From: Macrostomum hystrix
Taxonomy: Eukaryota > Animalia > Platyhelminthes
Direction: 5' to 3'
Length of the DNA: 64,000 nt
Assembly (NCBI GenBank): GCA_950097015.1
Contig: CATNEN010000011.1
Location: 62,001-126,000 of the forward strand
The position numbers and the translations under genes are program-made. Numbering within the stretch: position 1 is the first letter of the stretch; each line of letters begins with the position of its first letter. The notes below the pieces were generated by a model. That model searched no databases, was not told where the DNA came from, and saw nothing but the letters and a program-made list of their open reading frames with translations. Of this stretch, positions 48,801 through 61,651 are shown piece by piece.

Positions 48801-51800
48801 GAAGTTTTGGATCTGAGATGCCTAGATGGTACTTTAAAGAAGCCTATACGATATGTAATTCCTGCATAATATCTGGAGTCACAATAAAGAGCATGGAAAG
48901 CTCTAGATTTTTAATACGCTGTAAGGTATGGTCCGTCTACGCTATGAACATTCTCGCAAGTGCATCGTGCAACGTGCTGGGTGTGTCGGCGCCACCTTAA
49001 ATTTTTAAATATAGATTGGCATTCAGCTAAGGATGTCTCTCAAGCGCTTCGTGTATACCTAAACGCTTGTCTTACAACGCACCTGCTCCGCCCGATCCAT
49101 AAGCTCATCGAGGCAGCGACGCACCGGATCGCGCTCCTTCCTATCTGTCTTGTGCAGTCGAAAATCCGGGTTGATTACGTGACTCTGGAGCGATGCAGCA
49201 CAATGGCGCACGGTGACCATGCGATGGCAGTCCAGACTGGCACACAAACGTAGAACATGTTTTTCTGCGTCTGTAGCTCTATGCGCCCGTCCGGTTCCTG
49301 GACTGGCAGTCAGGCCGACTATCTGGGGCAAGCGGGAACCGCTAGGCTTCTGCTCCTTGCACTGCGCAAAAGTAAGGGGGTTTGGGGGATAATGACATTA
49401 CAAGTACATGGGAAACCTTGCGTAACGCTTTTGAAAAGCTATGGAATCACTCGAAACTAGAATTGAAGAAAATAATTAGCTCGTATATCTCCCAGTGATA
49501 ATGTTTGACCGTACGTGTACGTGTATTTTATGGCTCTACGACATAAAACATAGTCATAGTCATAAAACATAGAGAATGAGTATTGCATTCTCGCTTTTGA
49601 GTAGCGGTAAAGAAATATACTTAAAAAATGGCTTTTTCGACAAAATAAGTCAGAATAAATATTTAAATCTGCAATTATTTCTCTGGATTCTAGCAAACGT
49701 CAGCTGGCAAACGGCAAACGATATTTAAAGTATTTAAAGTATTCAAGTATTTTATCAGGCAATGGGCTCGTCGCACAACATTAAGGTGCTTTCTGGTAAA
49801 TATAACTACTTTTTATCTTTTTCTTAAAGATGTAGCAGCAGAAATTACTACCTAGTATTTTTCATCTGCTTATTCACTTTTGATCTAGAAATAGATTTAG
49901 ACAAAAATCTGAAACTTTCGCGGCAAAAGTTGCGTTCGACAGATAATTAGAGGAGAACATAAATAGGCTTTGCTGTTGAATTTAGTCTTGTAGACCTCAC
50001 TACTTGTCCGGCGGTCAAATCTGTGCAGTTGCGAATTCTTTTGTAATGTGTTGCTGACAAAGTCTTTCTGTAAAGAGTTACTACAGCAATAACAAGTACT
50101 AAACAAAGTAGCAAAGTAGTGCAACTAATTACGAGTATTTTTTCCTCGCAGTATATCTTCAGAACAATATAATTCTTAAAATATTTTACCCGATTCATTG
50201 GTATTCACACCTGGAAGTAGAATTCCATGATCTTATTGGACGGATGATCCTTGGCGCAATGGTGACATTCGTCGAATATGATAAGGCGAAACTTTGTTAA
50301 ATCACCATTCAGTCCGTCCTCACACTTGTCCTTCAAGCTGTTAAGAAGAATTTGAGTGCTCATTATTAGCACAGAGTGGTGGCGCAGAAGAAAGCCGAGT
50401 GGGGCTCGATCGCCATCACCCCCAGTGACACAGACAATCCTGGGTTTGGCAAGAAAGGTGACGTTAAAATTTTTTTGACACTGGTTTGTTCGAATTTAAT
50501 GTTTTTATAAGCCAGTGGCCTACAAGTAGGGTGCGCCACAACGCATAAAATACACATAAAAACGAGACAAAGACAAGACGAAAAAACACTCATAGACCGT
50601 ATCATCATGAAGTTTCGGCGCCATTAAAATACTACGAAAAAATAATGTTTAGGCAATGGTAATAAGAAACTCTAAATAAATCTATTGGCTGCTATTGTTG
50701 TTAAGCAGGGGGCTAACCTGTCCTGGAACTCCATCGGCAGTTGAGCCTTAAAGGCAGCATATTGTTGCTCGACCAAATTCTTTCTATCGGCAAGAAAGCA
50801 CACTCGAGCAGTTCTCGTTTGGTCTTCCAACAAGCGAGCGGTAGCGATGCGGATGCTGACTAAAGTCTTTCCAGATCCTGTAGGCGCAATGATGACGCAG
50901 TTCAGGCCAGCTACTCCGCTACTAGCTAATTCTTCTTGATACACTCGCATCTGCAGCGTGCGAGACTCCCGCGAATCAGCGCCTTCATCCTCTTCTATGT
51001 TTTGGGTAAAGAATTAAGCGCGCCTTGTTGCGTATTAAACACGTAACGAGTGAAAACTTACAGAACTCACGCATTAGATTTTGACAGACGGAAACCCGAC
51101 TTCTAAACCAAAAATATGCTTTTTCGTAAATGTGAGAGCAGGACCCATGCTGAATGCAGATATTTTAAAACTATAAAAAGATTACAAAAAGCAAGGACTC
51201 TTAAATTTGCGATTGCCAATTTTTGCCTGTTCTGAAATGAGATACTATCCATATACCAGAAGCTAATCATGTGTTGAGAAATGTGTTACAGCATTGAATA
51301 AGAACTATTAAGAAAAATTCATAAAAGTCGTATTGTGGCGAGTTGAGCCACGTAAATTTTATTTGGCAGAAGAAGGGGCAAGGCGCATCACGTAAAGGTC
51401 TTAAGTTATATATGCCAGCGGTGTACACAGGGCAGCCAGTCAACGCACAGCGTTTATGCACATAGCGCCGGCCTTCCTGGCCGGGGTTGGGGTGGCTGCC
51501 GGAGCGCGCACGCGCGTGTGGCGTGACCGCCACATGGCTCCCCCCAGCGCTGGCCTAGGACCGAAACCGCGTCGGGCGGCACCGACGAGGCGGAAGCTGG
51601 CGGCGACCGGACGCTGGAGGCAGGGCCGCTTGCACCGGTGGGAGGCCTGTCGGTAGGTGCGCCGGCGGCGGCGCTGGCGGTTGTGCAGCTGCGACCGGGG
51701 GGTCTCCATCCCGTGGCAGTTGTGGACGGCCGTCCCGGCGGGGGCGGCCTCGTGGCCGCAGCGCCGGAGCCGGAATCGCCTCGCAGGGGTCGAGCACCGC

Positions 51801-54800
51801 AGGCTTGAGTCTGTCCACTGCCACGTGATCCTGCCGCGTGCCCAGGTCGAGGCGGAAGGTCCTGGCTCCGCGCTCAAGGACCTTGAAGGGCCCGAAGTAC
51901 GGCCGCTGCAGAGATGGCCGGTGGCCGTCGCGGCGGATGAAGACGTGCGTGCAGGACTCCAGGGCAGCAGGCACGGAGGCAGCGACGCGGCCGTGTCGCG
52001 AGGTTGGAGGCGGCCGGAAAGATTGCACCGCGTTGCGTAGCCGGGCCAGAAACTGGTCGTAGGAGCCCGCGTGTGGCGCCGCTTGCAGGCATTCTCCCGG
52101 TACCGTCAGCGGGGCGCCGTAGACCAGCTCAGCTGAGGAGACGCCGATGTCCTCTTTGGGAGCCGTGCGGATGCCCAGCAACGCCCAGGGTAGCTCGTCC
52201 GTCCACGTCGGTCCTGTCAGGCGCGCCATCAGGGATGCCTTGAGCTGGCGGTGGAAGCGCTCCACCATGCCGTTAGACTGTGGGTGGAAAGCGGTGGTGT
52301 GGTGCAGCTGCATGCCCAGCAGCCTCGACACGTTGGCCCAGAGCTCGGAGGTGAACTGGGAGCCGCGGTCGGAAGTGACATCGCTGGGCACGCCGAAACG
52401 GGCGATCCAACCGGCGATGAAGGTGGACGCGCAGGAGGCAGCGGAAGTGTCGGCCAAGGGGAAAACCTCCGGCCAGCGGGAGAACCTGTCGACGACGGTC
52501 AGCAGGTGCGTGAAACCGCGGGACTGCGGCAGCGGTCCGACTAGGTCGATGTGGACGTGTGCGAAACGGCTACCGGGCACCGGGATGCTGGTGGGCGGGG
52601 CGGTCACGTGGCGCTGCACTTTGGCCGTCTGGCAGGCGATGCAGCTGCGAGCCCATTGGCCGACGTCCCTGTTGATGCCCGGCCACACGAACTTCTCAGA
52701 CACTAGGCGCCGCGTACTGCGTACGGACGGGTGCGCCAGGCTGTGGACGGCGTCGAAAACGGCGCGGCGGAAGTTGGCGGGCACCAACGGGCGCGGGCGG
52801 CCGGTCACGATGTCGCAGATGACCTCCAGGCCCGGACGCAACGCCACGCGCTCGAGCTGCAGGCCGGTGCCGGCGAGCGTGGGAACGTCTGCCCTTTGTG
52901 CGCGTGCCAGGGCCGCGTAGTCGATTCCGGGGAGCAGCGGCTGCTCGGAGGCGATGGTGCAGCGGGACAGGGCATCGGCAACCGGATTGTCCTTGCCCGC
53001 CACGTGCCGGATGTCGGTGGTGAACTCCGACACGTATGCGAGGTGCCGCTGCTGGCGCGCTGACCAGGGGTCCGACAACTTGGCCATGGCGGCGACCAGG
53101 GGTTTGTGGTCGGTGTAAGCGGTGAAGATGCGGCCTTCCAAAAAGTAGCGGAAATGCCGCGTGGCCAGATAGAGAGCGAGTAACTCACGGTCGAAGGCGC
53201 TGTACTTTTGTTCAGCAGGTCGCAGTTGGCGGCTGAAGAAAGCTAGTGGCCGCCAGGCCTCGCCGGCACGCTGCTCCAGGACCGCCCCGATGGCGGTGTC
53301 CGAGGCGTCGACCGTCAGCGCCGTTGGGGCATCGGGCTCCGGGTGCGCAAGCATGGTAGCGTCAACCAGGGCTTGCTTCGTGCTGTTGAAGGCGTCCGTC
53401 AGCTCCGGTGTCCACCGAACGGTCTTGTCCTTGCTGGCCAGGACGCCGTAGATGGGGCGCAGCAGCTGGGCGGCTCGCGGCACGAACCTGTGATAGAAGT
53501 TTACCATGCCGGCGAACTCTTGCAGGCCCTTGACGGTCGCGGGCGGTGCGAATCGGGCGATGGCTTCGACTTTGTCTGGTAGCGGCACGGCGCCCCGGCT
53601 GTTGATGCGGTGGCCCAGAAAGTCGATTTCGCTGCGGCCAAACTGGCACTTGGCTGGATTGACGAGGAGGCCGTTGTCTGCCAGGCGCAGGAACAGCGTG
53701 CGCAGGTGCTCCAGATGCTGCTGAGGGCCGCTGCTCGCCACCAGGAAATCGTCAATATAGGCGAACACACAGTCCAAGCCCTGGCAGACCGTGTCAATCA
53801 GCCGTTGGAAGGCCTGGGCGGCGTTTTTGAGTCCGAATGGCATCCGGAGGAACTCAAACAAGCCGAATGGCGTGATGACGGCCGTCTTGGCGATGTCGGC
53901 TTCGGCAACCGGAATCTGGTGGTAGCCCCGCACCAGGTCGATCTTGGAAAAAATTTTGCATCCGGACAACCGCGCAGAAAAGTCCTGGATGTGCGGCACC
54001 GGGTAGCGGTCGGGCACCGTGGCGTCGTTGAGGCGCCGGAAGTCGCCGCAGGGCCGCCAACCACCGGAGGATTTTGGCACCATGTGCAGCGGCGAAGACC
54101 AGGGGCTGCAAGACCGCCGCACGATGCCAAGCTGCTCTAGGTTGCGGAATTCCTCCTTGGCCACCGCCAGCTTGTCAGGCGGCAGGCGGCGCGCCCGGGC
54201 GTGGACGGGGGGGCCCGTCGTAGGAATATGGTGTTTGACCCCGTGGAGCGGCCGGGCTTTCTGGAAACTCGGCTCTGTCAGCGTCGGGAACTCCGCGAGC
54301 AGCTGGCTGTACGGGTCCCCAGCGACTGCGGCGGCGAGCTGCGGGACCGGTCCGGACCCGAGCAGCAGGTGGGCGCTGGACAGCGAGCTAGTGTCGAGCA
54401 GCCGGCGGTTTGGCATGTCCACCAGCAGGCCGTGGTGCCGCAGGAAATCCGCGCCGATCAAAGGCCGCGAAACCTCGGCCAGGATGAACGGCCAGGTGCA
54501 GGTCTTGACGCCGAGGTCGAGCGTTAGCGTCCGGCTGCCGAACGTCCGGATCGGGCTGCCGTTGGCCGCGAACAGCGGCGGGCCGGGTGTGTGCGAGCGG
54601 GCGTCTGCACCAGAGACAGGGAAAATGCTCACCTCAGCTCCGGTGTCGACCAAGAAGCGCCGGCCCGTGGCTACGTCGGGGATGAGCAGGAGGTTGTTGC
54701 TGCCGGCCGTCGAGGCGATCACTGACGGCCGGCCGGCCCGTTTCCCGAGAACCGGCACGGCGGCTCGCAACGCCGGGCCTTGGCGCCGAACTTCCGGTGG

Positions 54801-56170
54801 AAGAAACAGATAGGGCCGTCAGCCTCCATCGGCTGGTGCTGCTGCGGCTTGGCGCGAGCTGGGCGGGCGGTGGCAGCAACTACCGGCGGGTGCTCTGGCG
54901 GCAGGGTGGCTGTGGCCACGGGCTGCGCCCGGCTCGCCCAGAGTTCATCCGCGAGTCGAGCAACTGCGCGCGGGTCTGCGAAATCCGCGGACACGAGTGC
55001 TAGGCGAATGTCGGTCGGCAGCTGCTGGCGGAACAGCTCCTCGAAGATCATGCAGGGCCGGTGGTTGCCGAGCAGGGCCAGCATTTCGTCCATGAGCTCG
55101 GACGGGCGGCGGTCACCGAGGCCGGCCAGGTTGAGCAGCCGGCTGGCACGCTGCTGCTGCGTCAGGCCGAAGGTGCCGAGGAGGCGGGCCTTGAGCTCGC
55201 CGTACTTGTTCTCCTCCGGCGGGTTCTCAAGCACGTCCAGCAGGCGCTCGGCGGACTGCTGGTCCAGCGCAGCTACGAGGTGAAAGTACTTGGTATTGTC
55301 CTGCGTGATGTTGCGGAGGACGAATTGCGCCTCTGCCTGGACGAACCAGGCGCGAGGCTGGCTGGCCCAGAACGTGGGCAGCTTGAGGGCCACTGCAGAC
55401 TCAGTTGACATACTGAGGAGTTCTTCTCAAACAGGCGGTTGAGAGTCGGGCTCACCAATGTGGCGAGTTGAGCCACGTAAATTTTATTTGGCAGAAGAAG
55501 GGGCAAGGCGCATCACGTAAAGGTCTTAAGTTATATATGCCAGCGGTGTACACAGGGCAGCCAGTCAACGCACAGCGTTTATGCACATAGCGCCGGCCTT
55601 CCTGGCCGGGGTTGGGGTGGCTGCCGGAGCGCGCACGCGCGTGTGGCGTGACCGCCACAGTATGGTAAAAAGATGAAAAAAATATCCGAAATTTCTAGCT
55701 GCCAATGTCACAGAGGGGATCGCCACTCCACTCTTAAATTTCCCAGACAAGACTGCGTGAACTGAAACGATTGACCCAGCAAGGCACAAGGCACTTGTTA
55801 TAAAAGAGCTCGAACTCAGAACTTAGTAATACACACAATAAAAGGACAGACGCCACCAGCTACTATAACACTAACCAATTGGGATTAAGCAGAGCTAGCA
55901 TAAGGATCTTTAAAAAACTTAGATTGTAAGATTAGAGAAAACATACCCCCGTAATCATTATCTTGCAAGCCCTCAGAAAGCTTTGGCTGCTTGCTGGCGG
56001 GTTCACTTAACAGTGGCAGCGCCGCCAATTTCATTACTTCATCATCGTGCCTCAGTCGTTGTGGTTGCTTTCGCTGCTGATCAGTAAGTGCTAATGCATT
56101 CTCGCCAGTAGGAACAAGACCATTGGCGCAAGCTCTGGTGAAATATTGGCAAGGCAAAGATGCATAGGTT
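42835..56170 (-). CDS. RIG-I-like receptor DExD/H helicase (DDX58/IFIH1 family), multi-exon; 5' end not resolved
   Basis: Exons (minus, some edges approximate): about 56165-55947, 50994-50718 ([13 protein letters not shown]), about 50480-50211 (IIFDECHH), 49361-49083 (GLTASPG), about 48370-48115, 47709-47406 (ALVFV), 47178-46849 ([19 protein letters not shown]), about 43710-43394 (CLEC...CRHC), 43029-42835 (KQWK, stop). Splice phases I checked are compatible. Confidence 0.88.
43884..46521 (+). mobile_element. Second P-superfamily DNA transposon, degenerate, in an RLR intron
   Basis: Imperfect TIRs (a/c)atagaattctagat...gcgtacacaaccgggccgactt (22-bp perfect block 43938-43959 / 46455-46476); atctgtt flanks both ends (7-bp TSD); frameshifted transposase [30 protein letters not shown]. 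Confidence 0.82.
51555..54746 (-). CDS. Gypsy pol (PR-RT-RH-IN), via -1 frameshift
   Basis: [55 protein letters not shown]; no stops in the 1071-aa ORF. Confidence 0.95.
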   Translation of the reverse strand, partial: GKRAGRPSVIASTAGSNNLLLIPDVATGRRFLVDTGAEVSIFPVSGADARSHTPGPPLFAANGSPIRTFGSRTLTLDLGVKTCTWPFILAEVSRPLIGADFLRHHGLLVDMPNRRLLDTSSLSSAHLLLGSGPVPQLAAAVAGDPYSQLLAEFPTLTEPSFQKARPLHGVKHHIPTTGPPVHARARRLPPDKLAVAKEEFRNLEQLGIVRRSCSPWSSPLHMVPKSSGGWRPCGDFRRLNDATVPDRYPVPHIQDFSARLSGCKIFSKIDLVRGYHQIPVAEADIAKTAVITPFGLFEFLRMPFGLKNAAQAFQRLIDTVCQGLDCVFAYIDDFLVASSGPQQHLEHLRTLFLRLADNGLLVNPAKCQFGRSEIDFLGHRINSRGAVPLPDKVEAIARFAPPATVKGLQEFAGMVNFYHRFVPRAAQLLRPIYGVLASKDKTVRWTPELTDAFNSTKQALVDATMLAHPEPDAPTALTVDASDTAIGAVLEQRAGEAWRPLAFFSRQLRPAEQKYSAFDRELLALYLATRHFRYFLEGRIFTAYTDHKPLVAAMAKLSDPWSARQQRHLAYVSEFTTDIRHVAGKDNPVADALSRCTIASEQPLLPGIDYAALARAQRADVPTLAGTGLQLERVALRPGLEVICDIVTGRPRPLVPANFRRAVFDAVHSLAHPSVRSTRRLVSEKFVWPGINRDVGQWARSCIACQTAKVQRHVTAPPTSIPVPGSRFAHVHIDLVGPLPQSRGFTHLLTVVDRFSRWPEVFPLADTSAASCASTFIAGWIARFGVPSDVTSDRGSQFTSELWANVSRLLGMQLHHTTAFHPQSNGMVERFHRQLKASLMARLTGPTWTDELPWALLGIRTAPKEDIGVSSAELVYGAPLTVPGECLQAAPHAGSYDQFLARLRNAVQSFRPPPTSRHGRVAASVPAALESCTHVFIRRDGHRPSLQRPYFGPFKVLERGARTFRLDLGTRQDHVAVDRLKPAVLDPCEAIPAPALRPRGRPRRDGRPQLPRDGDPPVAAAQPPAPPPAHLPTGLPPVQAALPPASGRRQLPPRRCRPTRFRS
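54702..54746 (-). promoter_or_regulatory. -1 programmed ribosomal frameshift signal
   Basis: G GGA AAC (54746-54740), 6-nt spacer, 10-bp stem gccggccgtc/gacggccggc with 12-nt loop; pol is in the -1 frame. Confidence 0.85.
54719..55411 (-). CDS. Gypsy gag
   Basis: [15 protein letters not shown]...WFVQAEAQF; C-terminal [18 protein letters not shown]. Confidence 0.92.
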   Translation of the reverse strand: MSTESAVALKLPTFWASQPRAWFVQAEAQFVLRNITQDNTKYFHLVAALDQQSAERLLDVLENPPEENKYGELKARLLGTFGLTQQQRASRLLNLAGLGDRRPSELMDEMLALLGNHRPCMIFEELFRQQLPTDIRLALVSADFADPRAVARLADELWASRAQPVATATLPPEHPPVVAATARPARAKPQQHQPMEADGPICFFHRKFGAKARRCEPPCRFSGNGPAGRQ

Positions 56171-57622
56171 AACTTCAGGCTCAATAATAAAAATAATAAC
56201 TCATTGAACACTAAAGCTATAAAGAGTTAACCTAAAAAACTATTTACTGTATCTCTAGATTGGCCCACAGAAAATTCACAGAATGCTCAATCGTCTACCC
56301 GCCTGGCCTTTGGCCCGGCATCTCTCCCGGTTTTCATCCGCTTCCATCCGATTTTTGTACAATTTGCGGTCGAATAACATTGACCGGATGAAATCGTCCG
56401 GTTTTGTCCCGGATTTTGTTACCGGACCAAGAACCGGCAAGAAAAGCGGAACAATTGTCCGCCCGTCAAGAAAAATCAACCGGTTTTCATCCGCTTTTGT
56501 CTCCGATCTGTTGTCCGGCTAAAAACCGGACGAAAAAACGGCCATAAAACCGGATGAGTTCCGGATGAAATAATTTCAATTGCCCGCATTTTTGTCCGTT
56601 TCCTTCTCCGGTCGTTCGTCCGCCTGACTACCGGGCGAAAGGCGGACCAGAAATCGGGCGAAAACCGGTTAAACTTTCCGACGGCCTTGCCCTCCTACTA
56701 CTTACTTACTAAGTAGCTTTAGAATTCGTAAGGTATAGCGCTTTTCCAAATGATATTGGAAAATCAAGCAACTTACTTTTTGGTACTGTTCCGTCCCTCA
56801 ACATTTACATTTTTTGGTTCCCATTGGACTATTAACTCGTTAGTACATGAAGAACTGTAGTGTACTGATTTTTGAAATTTAAAAAGGTACGCAAGTTTGT
56901 GCAACAATTATAAAAGTAAGATCTGTCTGCGGTATTTAATTCAAGGATGTAATGCAATATGAATACCGGATGACATTTATTTTTGTTATTTGTCATACTA
57001 TAATTTACACATAATTGTGTTTCGTGTTTCATTCAGAATATTATTACTTTGATGCATTATTCATTACTAACTATATCCTCTTCCTGTTGGCCAGCGCTAT
57101 AAGGGTTGTTCGTCTCGTTTCGAATAAGCTCAGCTCTCGACTTGCTCATTTTACAATTCACTTAATTTAAAGCGTGTGCATGTAGGGCTAAAAGACAAGC
57201 AGCACCTGAATTAAATAGCTGATGACTTTATATATATCTTGCCAAAAAATTGCCTATATCTTGTCCATGTAGTCCAGGTGTGCTTGTGAGTTGGAAATAT
57301 ACTAGCTGTCATCATTGAAGTAAAAGTTCATAACCTTCTGCAGTCGCCAGGCTGGTGCCAGTGATCAATATACCGATATATCTATATGGATAACTCTAAG
57401 CTGCGCAGGCGACTGTATATGAAAGAGTACAGAGCCAGAGAAAGAATTTCTGCAGTCACTACGCCTAATGCTACAGGCACAAGGTCGCGCTCACGCTCCT
57501 TAATCCGTGCAGTTGAAGGCAGCTCCTCGTGCGCTGACGCAGGCGATGACGACGATGGCAGCTCCTCGCGCGCTGACGCAGGCGATGATGACGATGGCAG
57601 TTCCTCACGCGCTGACACAGGC

Positions 57623-60600
57623 AGCTTCCTCAAGTGGCCCAGCCTTCACGAGGCGGGAAGCGGACGGGGCATCAGCCCTGGCAAAAAGGACCACAACAAC
57701 AGAAGGGAGATGGAAGGAGGGAGTGGGCGCAGGCCCACCCCGAATCACCAACCCTTTTTGGCAACGACGACAGGAAGTAGCCGACCCTGGCGTCGATAAA
57801 ACTAAGGCCAACCAACCCTGGAGAAGAGGAGGAGAGCGGAGGACGGAGGGAGCAATGTGCAACGACGACGAGAGACGGGCAGCAGGAGAAATTAAATGGA
57901 GACTGGCGACAATCGAAAAGAACCCGGGACCTAAAACGGTGCAAGAGAGAAAAGCGAGACAGATTAGACGCAAAAAGAGGAGAGAGAGAAGGAGGACCAG
58001 ACGGAAAATCACAAGGAGAAACTGGGCCGGACAAGAAAATTTTCGAATATCGACCTGGAATGTACGAAGGGCCAACATATACGACAGTCGTTTCGGGGAA
58101 ATAATAAAGAAGACCATCATGGAAGGATGGCAGATCACTATGATCACCGAACTTAACGCCCGAAGCGAAGGGATAAAGACATACCACCACGGCGATAAAC
58201 AAGTAAGCCTGATCCATACAAAAAAGGTGGGCATCCTATTGGACGAAGACACAGCGAAGCTGTGGAACGACTCGGGGAGATATGTGAAATTCGCAGACAG
58301 AGCAATCTTCGTTAGAATCTATGACATGAGCCTGATAAGCGTGTATTACCCAGTGCAAGGCAGCAGCACATACCATGCAGAATTAAATAACCTCTGCTTC
58401 GAGATAGAGAGATACATACACATCGAAGCGAAGAACAAGCCGCTATTGATAGGAGGAGACTTTAATGCCCAGATAGGGCGATCACCCGAGGCAAACGGGC
58501 AACACAGGGGGAAGTTTGGCCTCCCGCAAACAAACAAACAAGGTGAGGACTTGATAAACTGGGTAACGGAGAATGAGTTGACTTGGCTGAATTCGTTCTG
58601 TAATGCAAAGAGGCGCGGAACCTGGAGGAACCCGTCCAACCACAGGTGGTACGAGCTGGACGGCTTCATCACCAGATCGAAGGACAGAACCCGACTGATC
58701 AAATCAATCAAACTACATCAAATTGGGGACCTCTCAGACCACGCCCCCAGAACGGTCATACTCAAAAAACTACTTCTACAGCCAGAGACCGAGGAAGAGC
58801 GCGCAAACAGACACAAGGCAAAGAAGAAGAAACGCGCAAACATCGACTGGCAAGTCCTCCACTCCCAGGAGAAGAGAGAACAACTCCAAGATGTGATGAC
58901 GAAACGCTACACAGAATCGACCGGTAAGACCTGGAAAGAAACAGCAAGGATCATAGTTGAAAGTGCTAAAGAGGTGTGTGGAACAAAAACCAAGCAAACA
59001 AATCCATGGATGATCGGGCACGAGGAAGAGTGCCAGGAGAACAACCGCGAACTAGCGGAAGCCCTGCACAGACGCAACGCGGCCAAAGAAGTCCAACCAG
59101 ACAACCTAAGAAGACAAGCCCTAGAACTCGCAAAACGGACCGTACAGGACGTTAGAAAAAGACACGAAGCAAACCTACGGAAATGGGAAGAAGAATGGTG
59201 GGACAAGCTGGCGGACGAGTGCAGAGAAGCAGCGGACCTAGGGAAAATAGGACTAGTCTATCAGAAACTAAGAATACTAGACCACAGAGGCAGCACCAAC
59301 AACTGTCAGACGGACACCATATTCAGCGAAAAATAATTTAAGGAACACATGGAAAAGGTGTCAGGTACGCGCTTTGAGAACGACCCGCAGACAATGATGG
59401 AACTGCTGAAATCGATCAAGGTGAGAAAACCAATTAACGGCGACATGACGTTGACCGAGTTAACCGCACCGATCACGGACGCGGAGATCGACAGGACAAT
59501 GATGGAGATGACGGACAAGGCCCCGGGGGAAGACGAAATAAGGATAAACTACCTCAAGTACGCGCCCACGGACATCCGGGCAGCGACACGGGAACACATA
59601 AGGTACCTATATCATCACCCAGCAACCGAATGGGAAGACGAAGAGAAGTTAGGGATAGTCATACCACTTTTCAAGAAGGGCGACCGCCGGGACCCAGCGA
59701 ACTACCGAGGGATCTGCCTATTACCAATGCTGAGCCGCATACTGGCCCGCATACTGGCGAAAAGAATCCGAAACTGGGCGGAAGCCCAAGAACTGTTTGA
59801 TGACAACCAGTGTGGCTTCAGACAAGGCCGGTCCACAGCGGACAGTGCCCAGATTTTTGTCAGGCTACATGAGGACATCCGCGAGTATCTAGCGGCCAAG
59901 GAAGGAGCGATGGACCAGAACATGGAACATGAAAACATCGCAATACTGCTGGACATCCAGAAGGCGTACCCAAGGATCTGCAAACCGCTTCTGTGGGAGA
60001 TGCTAAGACGCCTGAAGATGCCAGACGCCATAATCAAGAAGCTACAAGACCTCCATGAAGAAACAGCTTACAAAGTACAAGGAAGACAAGCGACGAGCGA
60101 GGCATGGTACCCGGAGAGAGGATTAAGGGAGGGCTGCCCGACCTCACCAGTCCTGTTTAACATCTACCATCAGATATGTATCCGGAGAGCGGAAGAGATG
60201 CGGAGGGAAGCGGCGGAGGCGAAAAACACACCATGCGGAATCGCATGGGCCTACCCTGTGGGAAACGCACTACCACCCCAACGCACAAATCAATTCAACT
60301 CCGAGATGAAACTACATCATTTCCAAACGTCCCTGTTCGCGGACGATACTACCCTGATAGGAAATCGCGACGAACTAAGGGAAGGCCTGGAGATCACAAA
60401 AAGATGTATGTTAGATTTTGAGGAGAAGACGAACGACGCTAAGGAGGAGATCATGAGACTGGGAACGGAGGAAGGCGGCAACATCAGAATGTTAGGCAGC
60501 TGGACGGACAGGAAACGCGACATGAAAGAACGGACTCAGAGAGCCATGAAGAGTTGGCGAGCAATCAAGAAACGGTTCTGCAGATGCAAACTGACCAAGA

Positions 60601-61651
60601 AAACGCAAGCCAAAGTGGTAGAGGCATGTATTGAGAGTGTGCTTCTCTTCCACGCAAACGTGCGCCCGTTCCACATTTCGGAGATGAAAGCGCTGCAAAG
60701 GAGCGTAGATAAGATATACCGCTACATATGGAGCGCAAAGGAAATGGAGCCCCTACGCGAGATGGAACAGCGCGGATACAACATGCAAGACATCAGGACC
60801 GAACTCAATGTAGGGACGATCAGAATGAAGATCGAAAAAGCCCATCTGATACGAATGGGACGCGTCCTCAGGATGCCCGACGACCGACAGACCAAGAGGG
60901 CGGTCTTGGGTTGGTTCAAGGGCCTGGAACACCTACCGAAACCCAGAAGAAGGAAAAATTACACCATAAATTTCTGGAGAAAACTCGCGAAGGAAGGGGG
61001 ACTTGAACCGACAGAAGTCGAACGTCTCGCCAAAGACAGGAAAAAATGGAAGAGCTGGGTGGCCGAGAGGATCCGACACATTGAGAAGTGGGATCACAGC
61101 CAAGGAAAACGGAGCACCGGCCCCCCACCGGAAAGCCGGTGTGCCCCGAGGAGAGAAGAGTCGAAGACCAGCGGATTCCAATGCGAGTATGAAGGCTGTG
61201 GCAGAATTTGTAAATCGAAGGCAGGACGCGCGATACATCAAAAAAGGATGCACACACGACCGGTATCCCCGGTAAGGTTCACGTGCCCAAGATGCGCGGA
61301 ATCTTTCCTACAAGAAGCCACAAGCAAGAACCACATGAAAGTGTGCAGAGGAGAGAAAGAAACATCAGATGGTAAAATGGAATGTACTAGCTGCAACAGA
61401 GAAATATCGAAGTCGAACATGGCTCGCCACAGACCAGCCTGCAAGAACCCGATGGGACAAACGGCCGGGACACAGGCACAACCCGACAACGGAGTGGTGG
61501 CACGCAAGCACATCAGGAAGAGGAAGGACTGTGACAGGTGCGGCAGGAACCTAACGGCCACTAACATGGCCAGGCACCAGCGCACATGCACAGGAAATTG
61601 ACAGGTTCTCCAGGGCCCCATACCTCACGGTGACAAAGGGCGAAAGAAGAA
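57623..61651 (+). mobile_element. RTE-like non-LTR retrotransposon (APE-RT-zinc fingers)
   Basis: 9-bp TSD gacacaggc (57614-57622, 61652-61660); short aagaagaa tail; STWNV, GGDFNAQIG, SDHAP; NYRGICLL, GLREGCPTSP, FADD. Confidence 0.9.
57855..61601 (+). pseudogene. LINE ORF (2A-like, endonuclease, RT, four Cys/His fingers) with one in-frame TAA at 59334-59336
   Basis: Track ORFs 57507-59336 and 59349-61601 are in the same frame (offset 1842). Confidence 0.85.

Larger units (their letters stand above)
51334..55659 (-). mobile_element. Gypsy LTR retrotransposon, apparently intact and young
   Basis: 201-bp LTRs 51334-51534 and 55459-55659 look identical; 4-bp TSD gtat; PBS tggtgagcccgac (tRNA-Trp-like); PPT ctggggggag; open gag and pol. 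Confidence 0.96.

Noticed and set aside
48638-49000. 120-aa plus-strand ORF inside the RLR gene
   Set aside because: No recognisable domain; probably intronic or antisense noise.
51440-55408. Many overlapping plus- and minus-strand ORFs within the Gypsy
   Set aside because: GC-rich shadow ORFs of gag/pol with no motifs.
57060-57370. Possible upstream RLR (CARD-like) exons on the minus strand
   Set aside because: Short open stretch (SKSRAELIRNETNN...) without convincing splice sites or motif; cannot be supported.
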